From assembly GCA_965250005.1 (NCBI GenBank), contig OZ252279.1, forward strand, positions 300,001 to 332,000: a stretch of DNA of 32,000 nucleotides, given 5' to 3'. Below are positions 18,201 to 29,378 of the stretch, piece by piece (position 1 is the stretch's first letter; each line of letters starts with the position of its first letter). A program made the translations under genes and the position numbers. The notes beneath the pieces are model-generated. The model did not search any database and was not told the origin of the DNA. It saw only the letters and a program-made list of their open reading frames with translations. The stretch is from Demequinaceae bacterium. Its GTDB lineage: Bacteria; Actinomycetota; Actinomycetes; Actinomycetales; Demequinaceae.

Positions 18201-21200
18201 GTAGTTGGTGACGTAGCCCTCGGGGTCCGTGACCGCGACCAGGTCGCCAGCACCGTCGTAGCGGTACTGCGTCACTAGTCCGCCGGGAGTGGTCACCGAG
18301 GTGATCCTGCCTTGCGGGTCGCGGGCAAGTGCAATGCTCGCGCCGGCAGAAGACGTGATGCCCGAGTCGCTGATCGTGAGCGTGTTTCCGTTCGCGTCCG
18401 TGACACCAGTGAGGCCGTCCTCCAGCGAGAAGGTGAACTCCCTGCCGTCGGCCATGGTGACGCGGTAGCCCTCAGGCACGAAGGTTTCGAGGTTGTCGAG
18501 GGACAGTAGCCTGCCGTCGTTCTGGAACAGTTCGGTGGTGTCGAGCGGGGTGAGCGTGGCGCCCGTGGACGTCCGCTCGGTCCACTCGGCAGAAACATAC
18601 CGTCCATCGAATACGGGGTCGAGGAATCGTGGCGTGAAGTCAAAGACGATTGACTCGCTGGCGCCATCGAGAATGGTGACTGTGTGGGATGTGGCGGGCA
18701 GCAGCACCCAGTTGGGCAGGATCGTGCCCTGGTTCTCGCGGTCCCAGCCCACGCCCGGGGCGTAGTCGGTCTCCAGCATGAGCGTCTGCAGGCTCAGGTC
18801 CCAGCCGAATCCAAAGTCGCCCGGCCGGGTCGATGCGCCCGAGTTGTATGTGCGCTGAATGGTGATGGGCATTCCCGCCACCGGCACCACGGCGTCCGTG
18901 AACGTCATGGAGAACAGGCCGTACTTGGCTTCGTTGACCGAGGACACCACGTAGCCGATGGTCGAGATGAGGCCGCCCTGATCGAACACCTCCAGTTGGA
19001 GGTACCACTCGCCGCCCGCGAGGGCCGACGGGTCGAAGACGCCCAGTTCGCCGTCCACTACCGGGTCCGTCCCGCTGCCAATGATGATCGACGCGGAGCC
19101 TGCGGGAGACACGGGGGTCGCCGTGAGTTCCCAACGGAGCAGGTTTGCATCGTTTGCTGTACCCACCAGCGAGGTGGCTGTGCGTAGTTCTTCGCCCGTC
19201 TCGGGGCCGCCGAAGAACGCCTCGGGGGCCACGCCGTCAGCGACGCCGCCCACGATCATCCACGTCGATACGACCGCAGAGTTGAATGCGCCGTCCGTCG
19301 CGCTGACAACCATGGGGTACGCGCCTGCCTCGCCGGCGACAAACTCTGCGATACCAGCGGCAGAAATGTCGATCGGGATGCCGTCGACCGTCAAGAACAG
19401 CGACAAAATGCTTGAGGCATCTGAGGCGGACACGGGGAGCTGTACGAGCGTTCCCGGCTCCACGTATACCGAGCCAACGCTGATGGTGGGCGGGGCCAGG
19501 TCAATGCTGATGCCTACGGGCGCAACATAGACCGTGAAGAATTGGCGTGCCACGCCGCCGAGCCCGTCGTGCGCTTCGATGGTGACGGTGTGCGCGCCCG
19601 CGTCAGTTTCGCCTGGCGTCCACGTGACGGTGTTTGCGCCTTCAACGGCCATTCCCACGGGGCCCTCGGTGACGATCACGGTGACCGCGTCGCCGTCGGT
19701 GTCGGATGCGAGCACCGTATATTGCCATTCGCTGCCCACGATCAGGCTGACAGCTGGCATGCTGGCAATGGTGGGGGGGAAGTTTTCGGTGAGGTCGCCC
19801 AACTGCAAAATGAACGTCTGCGTCGCGAACCCGCCGCGACCGTCGGTGGCTTGGAGAGCAACCGGGTGTTCACCGGGCTGAGCTCCGGATGCATCCCAAA
19901 GCGCCTCGCCAGTGACGGCGTCGATCGTGAGGCCAGTTGGCCCTTCCTCGACGCTGTACGTGAGAACATCGGCGTCGCCGTCGATCGCGGCAAACGTGTA
20001 GGTCCAGGTCTCGCCCAGCCCAACAATGGTGTTCGGCGTGCTCGTGGCCTCAGGCGCAACGTTCGCACCGGAGTTCACGGACACGGTGACCACTTGATAG
20101 TCGATGCCGCCGCGCGCGTCCGACGCCACAAGCGTGAACGAATACTGCGCCGAGGTAACGCCCGCGGTGTTCCACGTGACGAGCCCAGTCGTGGCGTTGA
20201 TCGCGAGACCTGCGGGCGCGCCCTGAACTGCGAACGCCACCGTGTCACCGTCGAAGTCGACGGCCTGAGCCTGGTACGAGAACACTTCTCCCGCGAGCAC
20301 AAAATCGCCGGTGGCGCTCGTAATGTGTGGGGCCTCGTTGGTGTCCGAAGACGCGATGATGAGAACGAATTCCTGCAAGTCGAAGTGGAGGTTCGAGTCA
20401 ATCGCGCGGACCACAACGAAGGCCTCGCCAGATTGGAACGCCGACGGTGTCCACACGATCTCGCCAGTAACCGAATCGATGGTCATGCCCACCGGCCGGA
20501 CCGCAAGCGAGAACTCCACCGGCAGACCATCAGGCGAAGGTGCCTGCACCTGGTACCGGTACTCGCCGTTCACCGTTGCGCGCGTGGGTGCGTCGCTCAC
20601 GATGGAGGGCGGAAGCTGCGGGTTGAGGCTCGGGCCGACGGTCAGCGTGAACGTCTGCACATCGATGGCGCCCGCAATGTCCTCAACCTGAACGGTGACC
20701 AGGTGATCGCCCACCCCTTCATCGCCGGTCTTCCAGACAATCTGGCCGGTCACGCCATTGATCCACATTCCGGTGGGCGAATCGAGAAGCGTGTAGTGGA
20801 TACTGTCGCCGCGGTCGGCATCGGTCGCCACCACCGGGTACTCGTAGAGCGTGCGCGCCTCAACGGCTTGAACTGCCGCGCTCGAAATTGTGGGCGCCGT
20901 GTTCGCCCCGTGGAGCTTGAGCAAGTAAATCTGCGAGTCCGCCAGCCCAAACGGGTCCTCTGCGGTGACCGTGACCGCCTGCGCGGCGGCCCAGTCGTTC
21001 GAGTTGTCGCACTGCGTCATCCCGGCAGGCTCGCGAAGAACCGCCTTGACCACTTTGCCTTCGACGTCGGCTGCGTTGACTCCCACGAGGTGCGCAACGT
21101 GCGAGCTTCCGCGCACCAGTTCGGGCACAGCAACCTCGCCCAAACTGACCTCGACGCCCGCGGCATCGACCGCGAAGAACTCAACGGAGCTCTGTCCGGG

Positions 21201-23786
21201 GTAGTCCGCGAGTCCGCGGCTCTCAACGGTGACGTTGAGCGTGTGATACGTGGGGCCGCCCGTCAGCGAGAGCCCACCCAGTGAGATGTCCGAAAGTCCG
21301 TACGCGGTGCGATCAGGTTGGCTGTTGAGACGGAACGTGTTGTGCGTCTGCCAGCTGGGTTCAGGGTGGGCGGGGATGGTCCCGTCGTCGTTGACGTTTC
21401 CGATCGAGTACGCATGCTGATTCCAGATGGAGCGCGTAGGCATCCACGACAAATCAGCCGACTGGTACATGCGGACGCCGCCCACGCTCAAACGCGTCTG
21501 AGTCGCGGGCACAATGATGTTCGCGAGCCCGTCGCCGGTCGAGTCAACAACGATGGGGAACTCGTGCGCCGTGCCCGATCGGTTGGAGAAAGTGGCCTCC
21601 GGAACGCCAGTAGGGCCATCAAGCACGTACAAGTGGTACTCATCCGCAAACACCACCGACGCCCGTCCGTCGCCGTCGAAATCGAATACCGAAGACCCGG
21701 TCACGGCAGACGAATAGTCCTGGATAATCTGCGACCACACCACATCCCCGTTGCGGTCGAACGTGGCGTACCGAGATTCTCCGGCGATGCCGATGTCAAT
21801 GTGGCCGTCGCCGTCAAAGTCGGCCACGGTGGGCGGGCCACCTACCCTGCTCGATGCGCCCGGGTGCTCAACAGGCCCCCAGATGACATTCATCTCGTGG
21901 TCGACCAGAAAGATCCCGCTCGAGCCGCCCGTGCCGTTGACGACTATCTCCGGGTCACCGTCACCGTCAAAGTCACCAATCGCATTAAATGCAAACTCTG
22001 GCAAGTCCGGATTGGTGCTCTCTATTTGGCCGTCATGGGTGTAGACGGTTCGGCCCGCGATGACCTCCTGGAATCCGTCTTGGTCGAGGTCAGCGACAAT
22101 CGATCCGACTCCGCCAGCCGAGTGTCCACCCGTGGTGTCCGCGCCTATCCACAGCAGGTTGCCAGCACCATCGAACACGCGGTTTCCGTGCACCACCTCG
22201 ACGTCGCCATCGGCGTCAAGGTCAGCAAGAGAAACCCAGTCCCACGCGTTGCGCAGGGGCAAATGGGGGCTGACCGGCCCCGTCGGGGCGATCCATTTCA
22301 GGGCGCCCGTGTGGTCGAATGCAACCAACTCCGTGCGATCGTGCGCGCCAACATAGACGATGTCGAGTCGGCCGTCGCCGTCGATGTCTCCCACTGCCGG
22401 CGACGAGAATCCGGAAACCCTGCGCCGGGAACTGATCCACAGCGTTGCGCCAGTCTCCCCATTGACTGCAACTACGTACGCACCATCCGACCAGGTGCGG
22501 AGGAACGCCGCGAACACAACCGTGGGCGGATCAAGTTCATCCACTACACCGTCGCCATTAATGTCAACGATCCTGGCGACCACGGGAGTACCCATGACAG
22601 TGCTCGACAGCCCATTGATTGGGCTTCTCCAATGCCAGCCAAGCTCCATGTTGAGCTCGGAGACACTCCTGTCGAAGGATTTGCAAGCAGGGTCGGGTCC
22701 GCCAACAGCCTCGAGCCATGCTGAGGAATGGGGCAGTCCCGACACCAGGCCAGTTGCCGGGTCGACGGTCAAGCCGGGTTCTGTCGTAGCGAGCGTGTAG
22801 GCGAGCGCGTCCCCGTCCGGGTCGACGGCAGCGACCGCGTAATCGTATGGGTCGCCCAACTGTCCTGAGAGTGAGGGCGTCGAGGTGATGACGGGCGCGT
22901 CGTTGGGACGCGCGACATCGATACTTACGGTTGCCAACTGCGAATCGTCAGAGCCGTCATTCACTGTGAATTCGAAGCTATCTGGCCCAATGTAGTCGGC
23001 GTCTGATACGTAGGTAAGTTGCGGAGCGGTGCCCCAGAGGGCGCCATTCGCCGGCTGGCTCGCGAGGTCAAACGTGATGGCGTCGCCGTCTGCGTCGCTA
23101 CCTTCGAGCACGATCAAAATTGGGGTTTCGTTGTCCGTGTCGAGAGCCTGAGCCTCAGCAAGCGGCAGTTGGTTCGTTTCTGGTTCGATGTAACACTGGG
23201 TGTCACCCACGTATTCGAAACTAATCCAGCCCTTGCCGGAAAGCTTGTAGCTGAGTAGCTTGATTCGCGCGAAACCATCGACGCTGTAGTCAAGCTCGTC
23301 GCCCTCGCCGCGTAGTTCGCTCCACGTTGGCACCGCGATCTCTGCGCCAATCAGAGCGTCCAAGTTGGCGCGGACTCCAGAACTGTTCTTGACACCAGGC
23401 AGTCCCTGCACCCAGTCGCCCAAGTCAAGCTGCGAGTCTGCCGGGTCCTCTGGGTTCACGTAACCAGCGGCGCCGCCGTCAGCGGCGATCGCGGCGGCAA
23501 ACACGTCGGCGTCGTTCACGCCTGCCCAACTCAAGAACGAAAAGTTGCCCGTACCATTACCAAGCGGCACACGCAAAAAGTTGATGCCCACCTCGGCTTC
23601 CGCGAGTACCTCTGTAGAGAGCGCAAGCGGATAGAGCTGGCAATCCGGAGCCGGCGCAGGGGTCTCGGAGCTGAACTGAGCGGCAGGCACGGGCGCAACA
23701 ACGGCCTCGAACGCAGAAGCTGGCTGAGCCATGGATGCAGAAAGCGCGACAACGACGGCGCCAACAATCAGACTTCTAACACGCAC
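14640..23786 (-). CDS. Giant secreted RHS/YD-repeat polymorphic toxin-like protein (3048 aa) with N-terminal Ig-like and FG-GAP-like regions
   Basis: Signal peptide [25 protein letters not shown]. Cadherin/He_PIG-like segments (e.g. [38 protein letters not shown]) and FG-GAP/VCBS-like segments ([33 protein letters not shown]). Tens of YD repeats (YDAAGRVLT...). RHS core ending [51 protein letters not shown], then a unique C-terminus. Confidence 0.92.
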   Translation of the reverse strand: MRVRSLIVGAVVVALSASMAQPASAFEAVVAPVPAAQFSSETPAPAPDCQLYPLALSTEVLAEAEVGINFLRVPLGNGTGNFSFLSWAGVNDADVFAAAIAADGGAAGYVNPEDPADSQLDLGDWVQGLPGVKNSSGVRANLDALIGAEIAVPTWSELRGEGDELDYSVDGFARIKLLSYKLSGKGWISFEYVGDTQCYIEPETNQLPLAEAQALDTDNETPILIVLEGSDADGDAITFDLASQPANGALWGTAPQLTYVSDADYIGPDSFEFTVNDGSDDSQLATVSIDVARPNDAPVITSTPSLSGQLGDPYDYAVAAVDPDGDALAYTLATTEPGLTVDPATGLVSGLPHSSAWLEAVGGPDPACKSFDRSVSELNMELGWHWRSPINGLSSTVMGTPVVARIVDINGDGVVDELDPPTVVFAAFLRTWSDGAYVVAVNGETGATLWISSRRRVSGFSSPAVGDIDGDGRLDIVYVGAHDRTELVAFDHTGALKWIAPTGPVSPHLPLRNAWDWVSLADLDADGDVEVVHGNRVFDGAGNLLWIGADTTGGHSAGGVGSIVADLDQDGFQEVIAGRTVYTHDGQIESTNPDLPEFAFNAIGDFDGDGDPEIVVNGTGGSSGIFLVDHEMNVIWGPVEHPGASSRVGGPPTVADFDGDGHIDIGIAGESRYATFDRNGDVVWSQIIQDYSSAVTGSSVFDFDGDGRASVVFADEYHLYVLDGPTGVPEATFSNRSGTAHEFPIVVDSTGDGLANIIVPATQTRLSVGGVRMYQSADLSWMPTRSIWNQHAYSIGNVNDDGTIPAHPEPSWQTHNTFRLNSQPDRTAYGLSDISLGGLSLTGGPTYHTLNVTVESRGLADYPGQSSVEFFAVDAAGVEVSLGEVAVPELVRGSSHVAHLVGVNAADVEGKVVKAVLREPAGMTQCDNSNDWAAAQAVTVTAEDPFGLADSQIYLLKLHGANTAPTISSAAVQAVEARTLYEYPVVATDADRGDSIHYTLLDSPTGMWINGVTGQIVWKTGDEGVGDHLVTVQVEDIAGAIDVQTFTLTVGPSLNPQLPPSIVSDAPTRATVNGEYRYQVQAPSPDGLPVEFSLAVRPVGMTIDSVTGEIVWTPSAFQSGEAFVVVRAIDSNLHFDLQEFVLIIASSDTNEAPHITSATGDFVLAGEVFSYQAQAVDFDGDTVAFAVQGAPAGLAINATTGLVTWNTAGVTSAQYSFTLVASDARGGIDYQVVTVSVNSGANVAPEATSTPNTIVGLGETWTYTFAAIDGDADVLTYSVEEGPTGLTIDAVTGEALWDASGAQPGEHPVALQATDGRGGFATQTFILQLGDLTENFPPTIASMPAVSLIVGSEWQYTVLASDTDGDAVTVIVTEGPVGMAVEGANTVTWTPGETDAGAHTVTIEAHDGLGGVARQFFTVYVAPVGISIDLAPPTISVGSVYVEPGTLVQLPVSASDASSILSLFLTVDGIPIDISAAGIAEFVAGEAGAYPMVVSATDGAFNSAVVSTWMIVGGVADGVAPEAFFGGPETGEELRTATSLVGTANDANLLRWELTATPVSPAGSASIIIGSGTDPVVDGELGVFDPSALAGGEWYLQLEVFDQGGLISTIGYVVSSVNEAKYGLFSMTFTDAVVPVAGMPITIQRTYNSGASTRPGDFGFGWDLSLQTLMLETDYAPGVGWDRENQGTILPNWVLLPATSHTVTILDGASESIVFDFTPRFLDPVFDGRYVSAEWTERTSTGATLTPLDTTELFQNDGRLLSLDNLETFVPEGYRVTMADGREFTFSLEDGLTGVTDANGNTLTISDSGITSSAGASIALARDPQGRITSVTTPGGLVTQYRYDGAGDLVAVTDPEGYVTNYAYNSKHYLTGIIDPLGRVPARNEYDEDGRLVAIVDAQGNRIEINADPDARTQTVTDRLGNVTVQTFDAGGYLIGQVFADGTTEAYANDALGNRTSRTDGLGNTWTATYDASQNRTSVTDPLGNTKTWTYDASNRLISATDALGRTTAVTYDARGNATSVTYADGTQVTFTYDAAGNPLTETDESGRTTTNVYDATGRRTSTTSPGGSVTSYTYDADGRISTVTDAEGGVTARTYDGRGLLTGSTDALGALSQSGFDALGQRTSYVDAVGGTSSMAYDELGRMTSRTSPTADVSTYVYDAEGRLTSSTSPDGVVRTTAYDALGRVLNSKVDGVTVSSRTYDAAGRVATATNATGATTTYTYDAAGRSVGATYADGTATATVFDAAGQVLSMTSTAGTVSYAYDSRGRATSVTGLDGTVTSYTYDAAGRVLTQTAPDGAVTTFTYDADGRMASASDPLGNTAQVSYDGNGQRVSVVDPLGRTRIWTLDAVGRLLTYSVAGQSQLTQMFDAAGRLTSRTLGDGTLTAYTYDASGRLTAIDYADRPDATFTYTDAGRRATVTDHRGTTSYGYDSQGRLTSVTSPEGSVGYGYDAASRMISLTTAAGTTTYVRDELGRISQVTDPEGGVYVIERDTAGRVSTVTYPNGVTETFTRDAAGRVMSVTVTNALGTVLASHTAQRDVAGRITVLDDVFAGVVGAADVSRDFGYDAAGRLTQVVSDATGTASTTDYVLDGLGNRASTSTDGTVVASTVNDLDQLTSQGSNAFTYDDAGRLTSATGPGGTSTLAWSSQGELLTAATPAGTINYAYDTDGNVTTRTETGVAVDFVYDTVSGLPRAVSASDGTWWVYADGMILAQHTATGSTTPGTTAYLHSDVRGDVRTATDATGTITDTWTWTVDGQLTARTGTSTVSVGWRGETVDTTTGLIWLRARWYDPTTARFLSADPWHGNPANPISLNRYAYANADPVNMHDPSGLEATTLTETSEALYVNSVLMSIEIGGYTRGLAVIAQARNLVALAAAAWSSYVVFGIDDPAVGEGVDGTDKPGPRLPTVFEYHSEDNTSGVQPQTDGAGARKPPPPCTPNGSGGAGPDLTGATLWSGDFPVSGRAPNEILFKTDDGSMTRVPGTPKSYAVYDDLGRLIKRVDLLGRTHDNVPTPHIQYWVWDRAPSGVEYPRELKSADPAGPSDIPC
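15318..17439 (-). repeat. Copy 2 of the ~2.12-kb duplication, within the full-length RHS gene
   Basis: Aligns to 11134-13255 at a constant 4184-bp offset. Confidence 0.9.
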
Positions 23787-23923
23787 GGGATCCCCCTCGG
23801 GATAACTCGCCCAGCCAACCGTGGCCGCTATTGGTTGGCAAACGTATAGCCCTCACCAGCCACCCGCAAGCGGAACGGAACATTGGCGGTGGATTCTTGG
23901 GACGAACGAGCCAATTCGGGCGG

Positions 23924-24238
23924 CTAAACGTCCATTGCGACGATGGTCGCACCATTGACGGGGCCCTCAACACACAGCACCGCGTCCGCGGTTCCGGCTG
24001 CCGAAATCCCCGCAGCGACCCCGAGTGCGTGCTGCCGCGAACGCGCCAGCGCCGCCACCGTGGGCCCAGAACCCGAGACGATCGCCCCAAGCGCACCCGC
24101 GCTCAACGCGGAGTCAAGCGTCGCCGACAGATACGGGGCCAACGCGAGCGCCGAATCCTGCAAATCGTTGTGGAGCCGCTCCCCCACGCCAGCAGCGTCC
24201 CCTGCGCGAAGCGCCACCATAAGCTCCTCATCGATACG
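23924..24238 (-). pseudogene. ispE: 3' fragment of 4-diphosphocytidyl-2-C-methyl-D-erythritol kinase (IspE)
   Basis: [78 protein letters not shown].... These are the IspE C-terminal NDLQ..A and VSGSGPT motifs. The N-terminal GHMP kinase region is absent; the ORF upstream of this point reads into transaldolase antisense. Confidence 0.75.
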
Positions 24239-24255
24239 CGGCTGCACACCCAGGC

Positions 24256-24588
24256 GATCGCCATCGCCGGGGCCACGCCGCTGCGCCCGCTGTGGGTGTC
24301 CACCGGCGTCAAGGACGCACGCTACCCGGACACCATGTACGTGGACCAACTCATCACAGATGCGTGGTCAACACGCTCCACGAGGCCACGATCAACGCCT
24401 TCGGCGACCACGGCGAGACCCCGCGCAACACCATTCGCGGCACGTATGACGACACACGTGCGGTGCTCTCGGAAGCTCGCGTAGGCCTCGACGACGTCAC
24501 CCAACTGCTCGAGGAGGTGGGCGTGCAAAAGTTCGCCGACGCCTGGGCCGAACTGCTGGGGAAGATCGAGGGGTCGCTCGCCCGCTAG
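24256..24588 (+). pseudogene. tal: Frameshifted 3' fragment of transaldolase
   Basis: [35 protein letters not shown] in one frame, then [74 protein letters not shown] in the next. Together they match a transaldolase C-terminus; the frame break is around 24368-24374. Confidence 0.75.
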
Positions 24589-24637
24589 GTGCAGCTCGCC
24601 CGCTTGTGGCACCTCGCTGAGCGGATACGCTGACGCC

Positions 24638-25036
24638 ATGAGCGGCATCACTGACCTAGATGCATTGATCGCGTCGATGGGGCCGTCGCTCGACCCTGCT
24701 GTGTATGTCTGGGCAAGCGTGCCGGGCTCCGACCATCCTGCGACCGCCGACGCCGTTGCGACCGTCCGCGAGGACGAGGGCCTCACGCTTGTGCTTGAGC
24801 AGTCGCGGGCGGACCAGCGCGGCCTTGCCTATGAATTCCCGAGCGCCCGCGTCACGCTCCAGGTGCGCTCCGCTCTCGAGGCTGTCGGCCTCACAGCAGT
24901 GTTTTCCCGCGCGCTGGGCGACGCGGGGATCAGCGCCAACGTGGTCGCGGGCTTCCACCATGACCACATATTTGTACCCGTAGGCTGCGCCGACGACGCG
25001 ATGGCCACCCTGCGCGCGTTAGCCGCAGGCCAGTAA
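24638..25036 (+). CDS. ACT-domain-containing protein
   Basis: 132 aa. YVWASVPG...LTLVLEQSRADQRGLAYEFPSARVTLQVRSALEAVGLTAVFSRALGDAGISANVVAGFHHDHIFVPVGCADDAMATLRAL. Confidence 0.8.
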   Translation: MSGITDLDALIASMGPSLDPAVYVWASVPGSDHPATADAVATVREDEGLTLVLEQSRADQRGLAYEFPSARVTLQVRSALEAVGLTAVFSRALGDAGISANVVAGFHHDHIFVPVGCADDAMATLRALAAGQ

Positions 25037-25099
25037 GCGCAGCGTGCCTCTTTGCGCGCGCCTCGCTCGCCCCCGAGGCTGATCTACCGGGTGTCGAAC

Positions 25100-25747
25100 C
25101 TAGAATCCGCCGCATAGGTGCGACCACTGGCCACCTGCGCTAGGGCCCCACTGCAGTAGGTCCACGGTCGAAGATCCGCCGGAGAAGCCGAACACGTATT
25201 TCGACGAACTGTCCGGGTCCGCGACGGTGACCGTCGCGATGAGGCCAGCCCCGAGATCTTCGACCGAGCCCACGACGGCGCTCGGATACGCGGCGAGCAA
25301 TTCCGCCTGGGTTGAGCCGATGCCAACGCCCTCGGCGTTCACGGGCCACGGCCCGGTTGCGGGGCCGAGGAATCGGTTGGTGTAGAAGAACGTCACACCC
25401 GTGCCCGGGTTCATGGCGTTGGTGAACGCGTAGGTGGTAGCGATCTCGGAGTTCCAGATCGGCCCGTAGTGTGGGCACGCCTCGATCCCGGCGACGGGGT
25501 AGTGCAGCTGAGCGCTCATCTGGGAGAACGTCGAGCCGATATGCGCCTGCTCAAAGAACGTGAAGCCGTAGTCCGGGGCCGCGGGCGCGGGGATCGGTGC
25601 GGCCGTGACGGTGACGGTGGCCGTAACTGTGACCGCCGGGGCGGGCGCGGCGCTTGCGGATGGCTCCTCACTCGGAGGGTCGCACGCGGCGAGCGCGAGC
25701 GTTGCTGCGGCGAGCGTCATGGCCGCGAAAACGGTGCGAGTGGTCAA
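25100..25747 (-). CDS. Hypothetical lipoprotein
   Basis: 215 aa. MTTRTVFAAMTLAAATLALAACDPPSEEPSASAAP gives a signal peptide with lipobox LAAC. Confidence 0.7.
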   Translation of the reverse strand: MTTRTVFAAMTLAAATLALAACDPPSEEPSASAAPAPAVTVTATVTVTAAPIPAPAAPDYGFTFFEQAHIGSTFSQMSAQLHYPVAGIEACPHYGPIWNSEIATTYAFTNAMNPGTGVTFFYTNRFLGPATGPWPVNAEGVGIGSTQAELLAAYPSAVVGSVEDLGAGLIATVTVADPDSSSKYVFGFSGGSSTVDLLQWGPSAGGQWSHLCGGF

Positions 25748-25898
25748 GATGATCTCCCATGAGTGTTCCGGTCACCGAGGTCCGTCCCACAATCCTCCCC
25801 GGTGCCACGACTGTCCCACCACCGAGGCCCCGTGTCAAAAGCTACGGTGGGCGGCGAGGCCGTTTCACCCCGCGTCGAACACATGTTCGAATGATGGC

Positions 25899-26915
25899 AT
25901 GCGTTGGGAGACTCAAGACATCACTGTCGAGGCGGGGGATACGCTGCCCGGACTCGCCAAACTCAGCAACCTGGTCCGCAGCGTTCAGACCCCAGGGTTC
26001 GACGGAATCACCTTTCACGAGGTGCTCGCCAAAAGCGCGCTCAACCACGTCGGGGTGAACAGCAAGGTCCCATTCCCGTGGACCATCAACCCGTATCGGG
26101 GGTGTTCGCACGCGTGCGTCTATTGTTTCGCGCGGCCTAGCCGTCGCTACCTGGATCTCAATACCGGCGGGGACTTCGACAGCCAGGTGATCGTCAAGGT
26201 GAACGTGGCCGAGGTGCTCGTGCGGGAACTCGCCCGCCGCACGTGGCGCCACCAGCCCGTCGCGCTCGGCACCAACACTGACCCGTACCAGCGCGCTGAG
26301 GGCAAGTATCAGCTGATGCCCGGCGTCATCGCGGCGCTCACCGAATCGGGCACCCCGTTCAGCATCCTCACCAAGGGCACGCTGCTCCGGCGCGACATTC
26401 CGCTGCTCACCGATGCCGCCGTAACCGTGGACGTCGAGCTGGCCATGTCCATATCGGTCTTCGACGACGACCTCCAGCGAACCGTTGAGCCCGGCACTCC
26501 CTCAACCGCGGCTCGACTGGCGACGGTGCGCGCCGCCCGCGCCGCCGGGTTGAACGTCGCTGTGTTCATGATGCCCGTGCTGCCCTTCCTCACCGACAGC
26601 GCCGAACAACTTGAGGGAGCCCTGGCCCGCATCGCCGGCGCGGGCGCCACGTCAGTCTCCTACCAAGCGCTGCATTTGCGCCCTGGGGTGAAGGACTGGT
26701 TCGCCCAGTGGCTCACGCGCGAGCGGCCCGAACTCGCATCTCGGTATCGCGCGCTCTATAGCGCCGGAGCCAACGCGCCCAAGTCCTACCGCAGCGCCCT
26801 TGCCGAGCGCATCAAGCCGCTCATCGCTAAGCACGGGTTGTCGCGCCTCGACCCACAAAAGCAGCAGGCGCCAGCCGCGAGCAGTGCTCGCGAACCGGCG
26901 CCCACGCTCTTTTGA
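25899..26915 (+). CDS. Radical SAM protein (Rv2578c-like)
   Basis: INPYRGCSHACVYCFARPSRRYLDLNTGGDFDSQVIVKVN contains the CxxxCxxC cluster motif, and YQLMPGVIAALTESGTPFSILTKGTLLRRD follows. ATG 25899 was chosen inside the longer listed ORF. Confidence 0.88.
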   Translation: MRWETQDITVEAGDTLPGLAKLSNLVRSVQTPGFDGITFHEVLAKSALNHVGVNSKVPFPWTINPYRGCSHACVYCFARPSRRYLDLNTGGDFDSQVIVKVNVAEVLVRELARRTWRHQPVALGTNTDPYQRAEGKYQLMPGVIAALTESGTPFSILTKGTLLRRDIPLLTDAAVTVDVELAMSISVFDDDLQRTVEPGTPSTAARLATVRAARAAGLNVAVFMMPVLPFLTDSAEQLEGALARIAGAGATSVSYQALHLRPGVKDWFAQWLTRERPELASRYRALYSAGANAPKSYRSALAERIKPLIAKHGLSRLDPQKQQAPAASSAREPAPTLF

Positions 26916-26939
26916 AAGAGCGGCTTTGTCGTAATGGGA

Positions 26940-27419
26940 CTAGTTGCAGTACTTCTCGTCGGCGGCCTCAAGCACGACCATTGCAGCGTCCATGTCCGTC
27001 TCGAACTCCTCGAAGTCGTTGCCGATCGACTCCATTTCTGCGATGAACGTTGGTAGGTCAGTTGCTTCTTCGGCTGAGGAAGCCATAGTCCCGACTACTC
27101 CGAGGCCCTCCACCACAACGTCAATCGCTGCGGCGACTTCATCGTCCGGTGCAGAGCCTCTAACGCGGTCGATCTCGGCAGACATCTCGTCAAGGGCGTC
27201 GCCTGCGTCAGCACCCCAAGTGTTGAGGGGGCCCAGGTCACCGGCAACGGCAGCCTCGAAGACGTCGTCAGTGAGTTCGAGGTTGTTGAGCGCCTCGCTC
27301 TGGTCGTCAAGGGTTGTCGTTGCGGTGCAGAAGTCGACGTCTGCGGTCGCGGCTGAGCACGCGGTCAGCGGGGCAAGGGCAAGGGCGCCTAGGACGGCGA
27401 ATCGTGTGAGTTTTGACAT
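26940..27419 (-). CDS. Hypothetical lipoprotein
   Basis: 159 aa. MSKLTRFAVLGALALAPLTACSAATADVDFC contains lipobox LTAC. Confidence 0.65.
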   Translation of the reverse strand: MSKLTRFAVLGALALAPLTACSAATADVDFCTATTTLDDQSEALNNLELTDDVFEAAVAGDLGPLNTWGADAGDALDEMSAEIDRVRGSAPDDEVAAAIDVVVEGLGVVGTMASSAEEATDLPTFIAEMESIGNDFEEFETDMDAAMVVLEAADEKYCN

Positions 27420-27456
27420 GCGCCAAGTCTAGCGGCAGATGTGCCAGGCTGGAGGC

Positions 27457-27924
27457 ATGACCTACCGAACAACTCAGTGGGCATTTGAACAAATCATCGT
27501 GCTCGTCTCGATCGCGGTGTCCATCGGCGCGATCGGTTGGGCGTACGCGGCCACCGGTGATCAGTTCGGCGACGACTGGCTGGTCCTTGGAATCGTTGCT
27601 GTCGTGTTGCTGGCGGTCCTCTTCATGCCTTTGTCCGTTGACGTCACCTCGGATCGGGTGCGGATCCGGCTCGCCTACTTCGCTCGCCGCGACATTCCCG
27701 TAGCGAACATCGCGAGCGTAGAAGTCCGCGACTACCGCCCGATCCGGCAGTTCGGTGGGTGGGGGTGGCGATACGGAAAGGACGGAGCCCGTCAGTATGC
27801 GATGACGGGCAATCGCGCCGTTGTGGTCACGCTCAAGGATGGAAGCGATATCTACTTGGGCACGCGCGATTTGGTGCCGCTGGCCGATGCTATCGACCGT
27901 GCCCGCGCCTTGATCGGTCCCTGA
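27457..27924 (+). CDS. Hypothetical membrane protein
   Basis: MTYRTTQWAFEQIIVLVSIAVSIGAIGWAYAA...WLVLGIVAVVLLAVLFMPLSVDVTSDRVRIRLAYFARRDIPVANI: two predicted N-terminal TM helices, then a soluble domain. Confidence 0.65.
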   Translation: MTYRTTQWAFEQIIVLVSIAVSIGAIGWAYAATGDQFGDDWLVLGIVAVVLLAVLFMPLSVDVTSDRVRIRLAYFARRDIPVANIASVEVRDYRPIRQFGGWGWRYGKDGARQYAMTGNRAVVVTLKDGSDIYLGTRDLVPLADAIDRARALIGP

Positions 27925-28040
27925 CCGCCTGCTTGACTTATATGGGACGGGCGTGGTTCCGGGCTGCCGGGGTGTACCTGTGGCATTAGCCGCGAGAACC
28001 TCGGGAAACCGCCCATGCGTCCGGTGCTAGTTTAGTCCTC

Positions 28041-29378
28041 ATGCCCAAGCCCAGGCCGGAGTTGTCGGAGTTGTCTGCGCAACCGACGGCCCGACCCGAG
28101 CGCGGCCTGTGGAGGCTACTCGGGCCAGCCTTTGTGGCGGCCGTCGCCTACGTTGACCCCGGAAACGTCGCGGCAAACCTGACTGCGGGAGCGTCGTACG
28201 GCTATCTTCTAGTCTGGGTCCTGGTCATCTCGAACGCCATGGCAGTCCTCATCCAGTTCCTGAGCGCCAAACTCGGGCTGGTCACTGGCAAGAGCCTTCC
28301 CGAAATCCTTGGCATCCGCCTCAAGCGCCGCTCGCGGCTCGCGTACTGGGGGCAGGCCGAGATCATTGCAGGCGCAACTGACCTCGCGGAAGTGATCGGC
28401 GGAGCGATCGCCCTCAACCTGTTGTTCGGGATCCCGCTGCTGTGGGGCGGCGTCATTACGGGCGCGGTCTCTATGCTGCTGCTGTCCATTCACTCGCGGC
28501 GAGGTCAACAGCCGTTCGAATTCGTGATCATCGGGTTGCTCGCCATCATCGCTATCGGCTTCCTCGCGGGGCTGTTCGTGAGCGACGTCTCGTGGGGCGG
28601 TGCCGCAGGGGGCCTAGTGCCGCGTTTCCAGGGAGCCGAAACGGTGCTGCTGGCCGCGTCGATGCTGGGCGCCACCGTGATGCCGCACGCGATTTACTTG
28701 CACTCCGCGCTGGCGCGTGACCGCCACCGCGCCGTCGAGCACCACCAGCGCCCGGACTCGCGCGCCCCGGTCGACCCCGCCACCGCCCCGGCGCCTGACA
28801 CCACATCCCCCGAAGGCGTCTCTGTGACGCGCCGCCTGATCCGCGCAACTCGCTGGGACGTCGGCTGGTCGCTGCTTATCGCGGGATCGGTGAACATCGC
28901 CATGCTGCTGCTCGCCGCCGCGAGCCTGCGCGGGGTTGAAGGCACCGACACAATCGAGGGCGCACACGCCGCGATCGAGTCTGCGCTGGGACCGGTCATC
29001 GCCATCATCTTCGCCGTTGGTCTGCTCGCGTCTGGTTTGGCCGCAACCTCGGTTGGCGCCTACGCGGGCGCGGTGATCATGGGTGGGCTCATTAAGAAGC
29101 GTATCCCGCTACTCACACGCCGCGTTGTGACGCTGATCCCTGCGCTCATCATCCTGGCAGCCGGCGCGAACCCCACCTGGGCGCTCGTGCTGTCGCAAGT
29201 GGTGTTGAGCCTGGGCATCCCGTTTGCCCTGGTGCCGCTGGTACGGCTCACGGGTAGCACGAGGGTCATGGGGCGGTTCGCGTCCCCGCGTACTACGCAG
29301 GTGCTCGCGTGGATTGTTGTTGCACTGATCGTCGCGCTCAACGCTGCGCTAATCGTCATCACCTTTGGCGGCGCGTAG
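28041..29378 (+). CDS. mntH: Nramp family divalent metal transporter
   Basis: GPAFVAAVAYVDPGNVAANLTAGASYGYLLVWVLVISNAMAVLIQFLSAKLGLVTGKSLPE and VTVMPHAIYLHSAL-type region (GATVMPHAIYLHSALA). Confidence 0.9.
   Translation: MPKPRPELSELSAQPTARPERGLWRLLGPAFVAAVAYVDPGNVAANLTAGASYGYLLVWVLVISNAMAVLIQFLSAKLGLVTGKSLPEILGIRLKRRSRLAYWGQAEIIAGATDLAEVIGGAIALNLLFGIPLLWGGVITGAVSMLLLSIHSRRGQQPFEFVIIGLLAIIAIGFLAGLFVSDVSWGGAAGGLVPRFQGAETVLLAASMLGATVMPHAIYLHSALARDRHRAVEHHQRPDSRAPVDPATAPAPDTTSPEGVSVTRRLIRATRWDVGWSLLIAGSVNIAMLLLAAASLRGVEGTDTIEGAHAAIESALGPVIAIIFAVGLLASGLAATSVGAYAGAVIMGGLIKKRIPLLTRRVVTLIPALIILAAGANPTWALVLSQVVLSLGIPFALVPLVRLTGSTRVMGRFASPRTTQVLAWIVVALIVALNAALIVITFGGA

Noticed and set aside
15400-18300. 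Possible CRISPR or satellite array from the highly repetitive sequence (acctgcgtcatacg...-type motifs)
   Set aside because: The repetitions are degenerate codons of YD repeats in one continuous reading frame, with no fixed-length repeats and unique spacers.
19542-22724. Long plus-strand ORFs (19542-21284, 580 aa; 21318-22724, 468 aa)
   Set aside because: They lie antisense to the well-supported 3048-aa gene, have no recognisable domains and are rich in R/H/A, as expected for shadow ORFs in GC-rich DNA.
23831-24484. Single 217-aa plus-strand ORF as a real gene
   Set aside because: Its first part is antisense to the IspE fragment. Only the later segment is transaldolase-like, and it frameshifts, so it was recorded as two pseudogene fragments instead.
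27925-28040. Manganese riboswitch (yybP-ykoY-like) upstream of the Nramp gene
   Set aside because: GC-rich inverted segments are present, but I could not match the conserved riboswitch core by eye. A covariance-model search would be needed.
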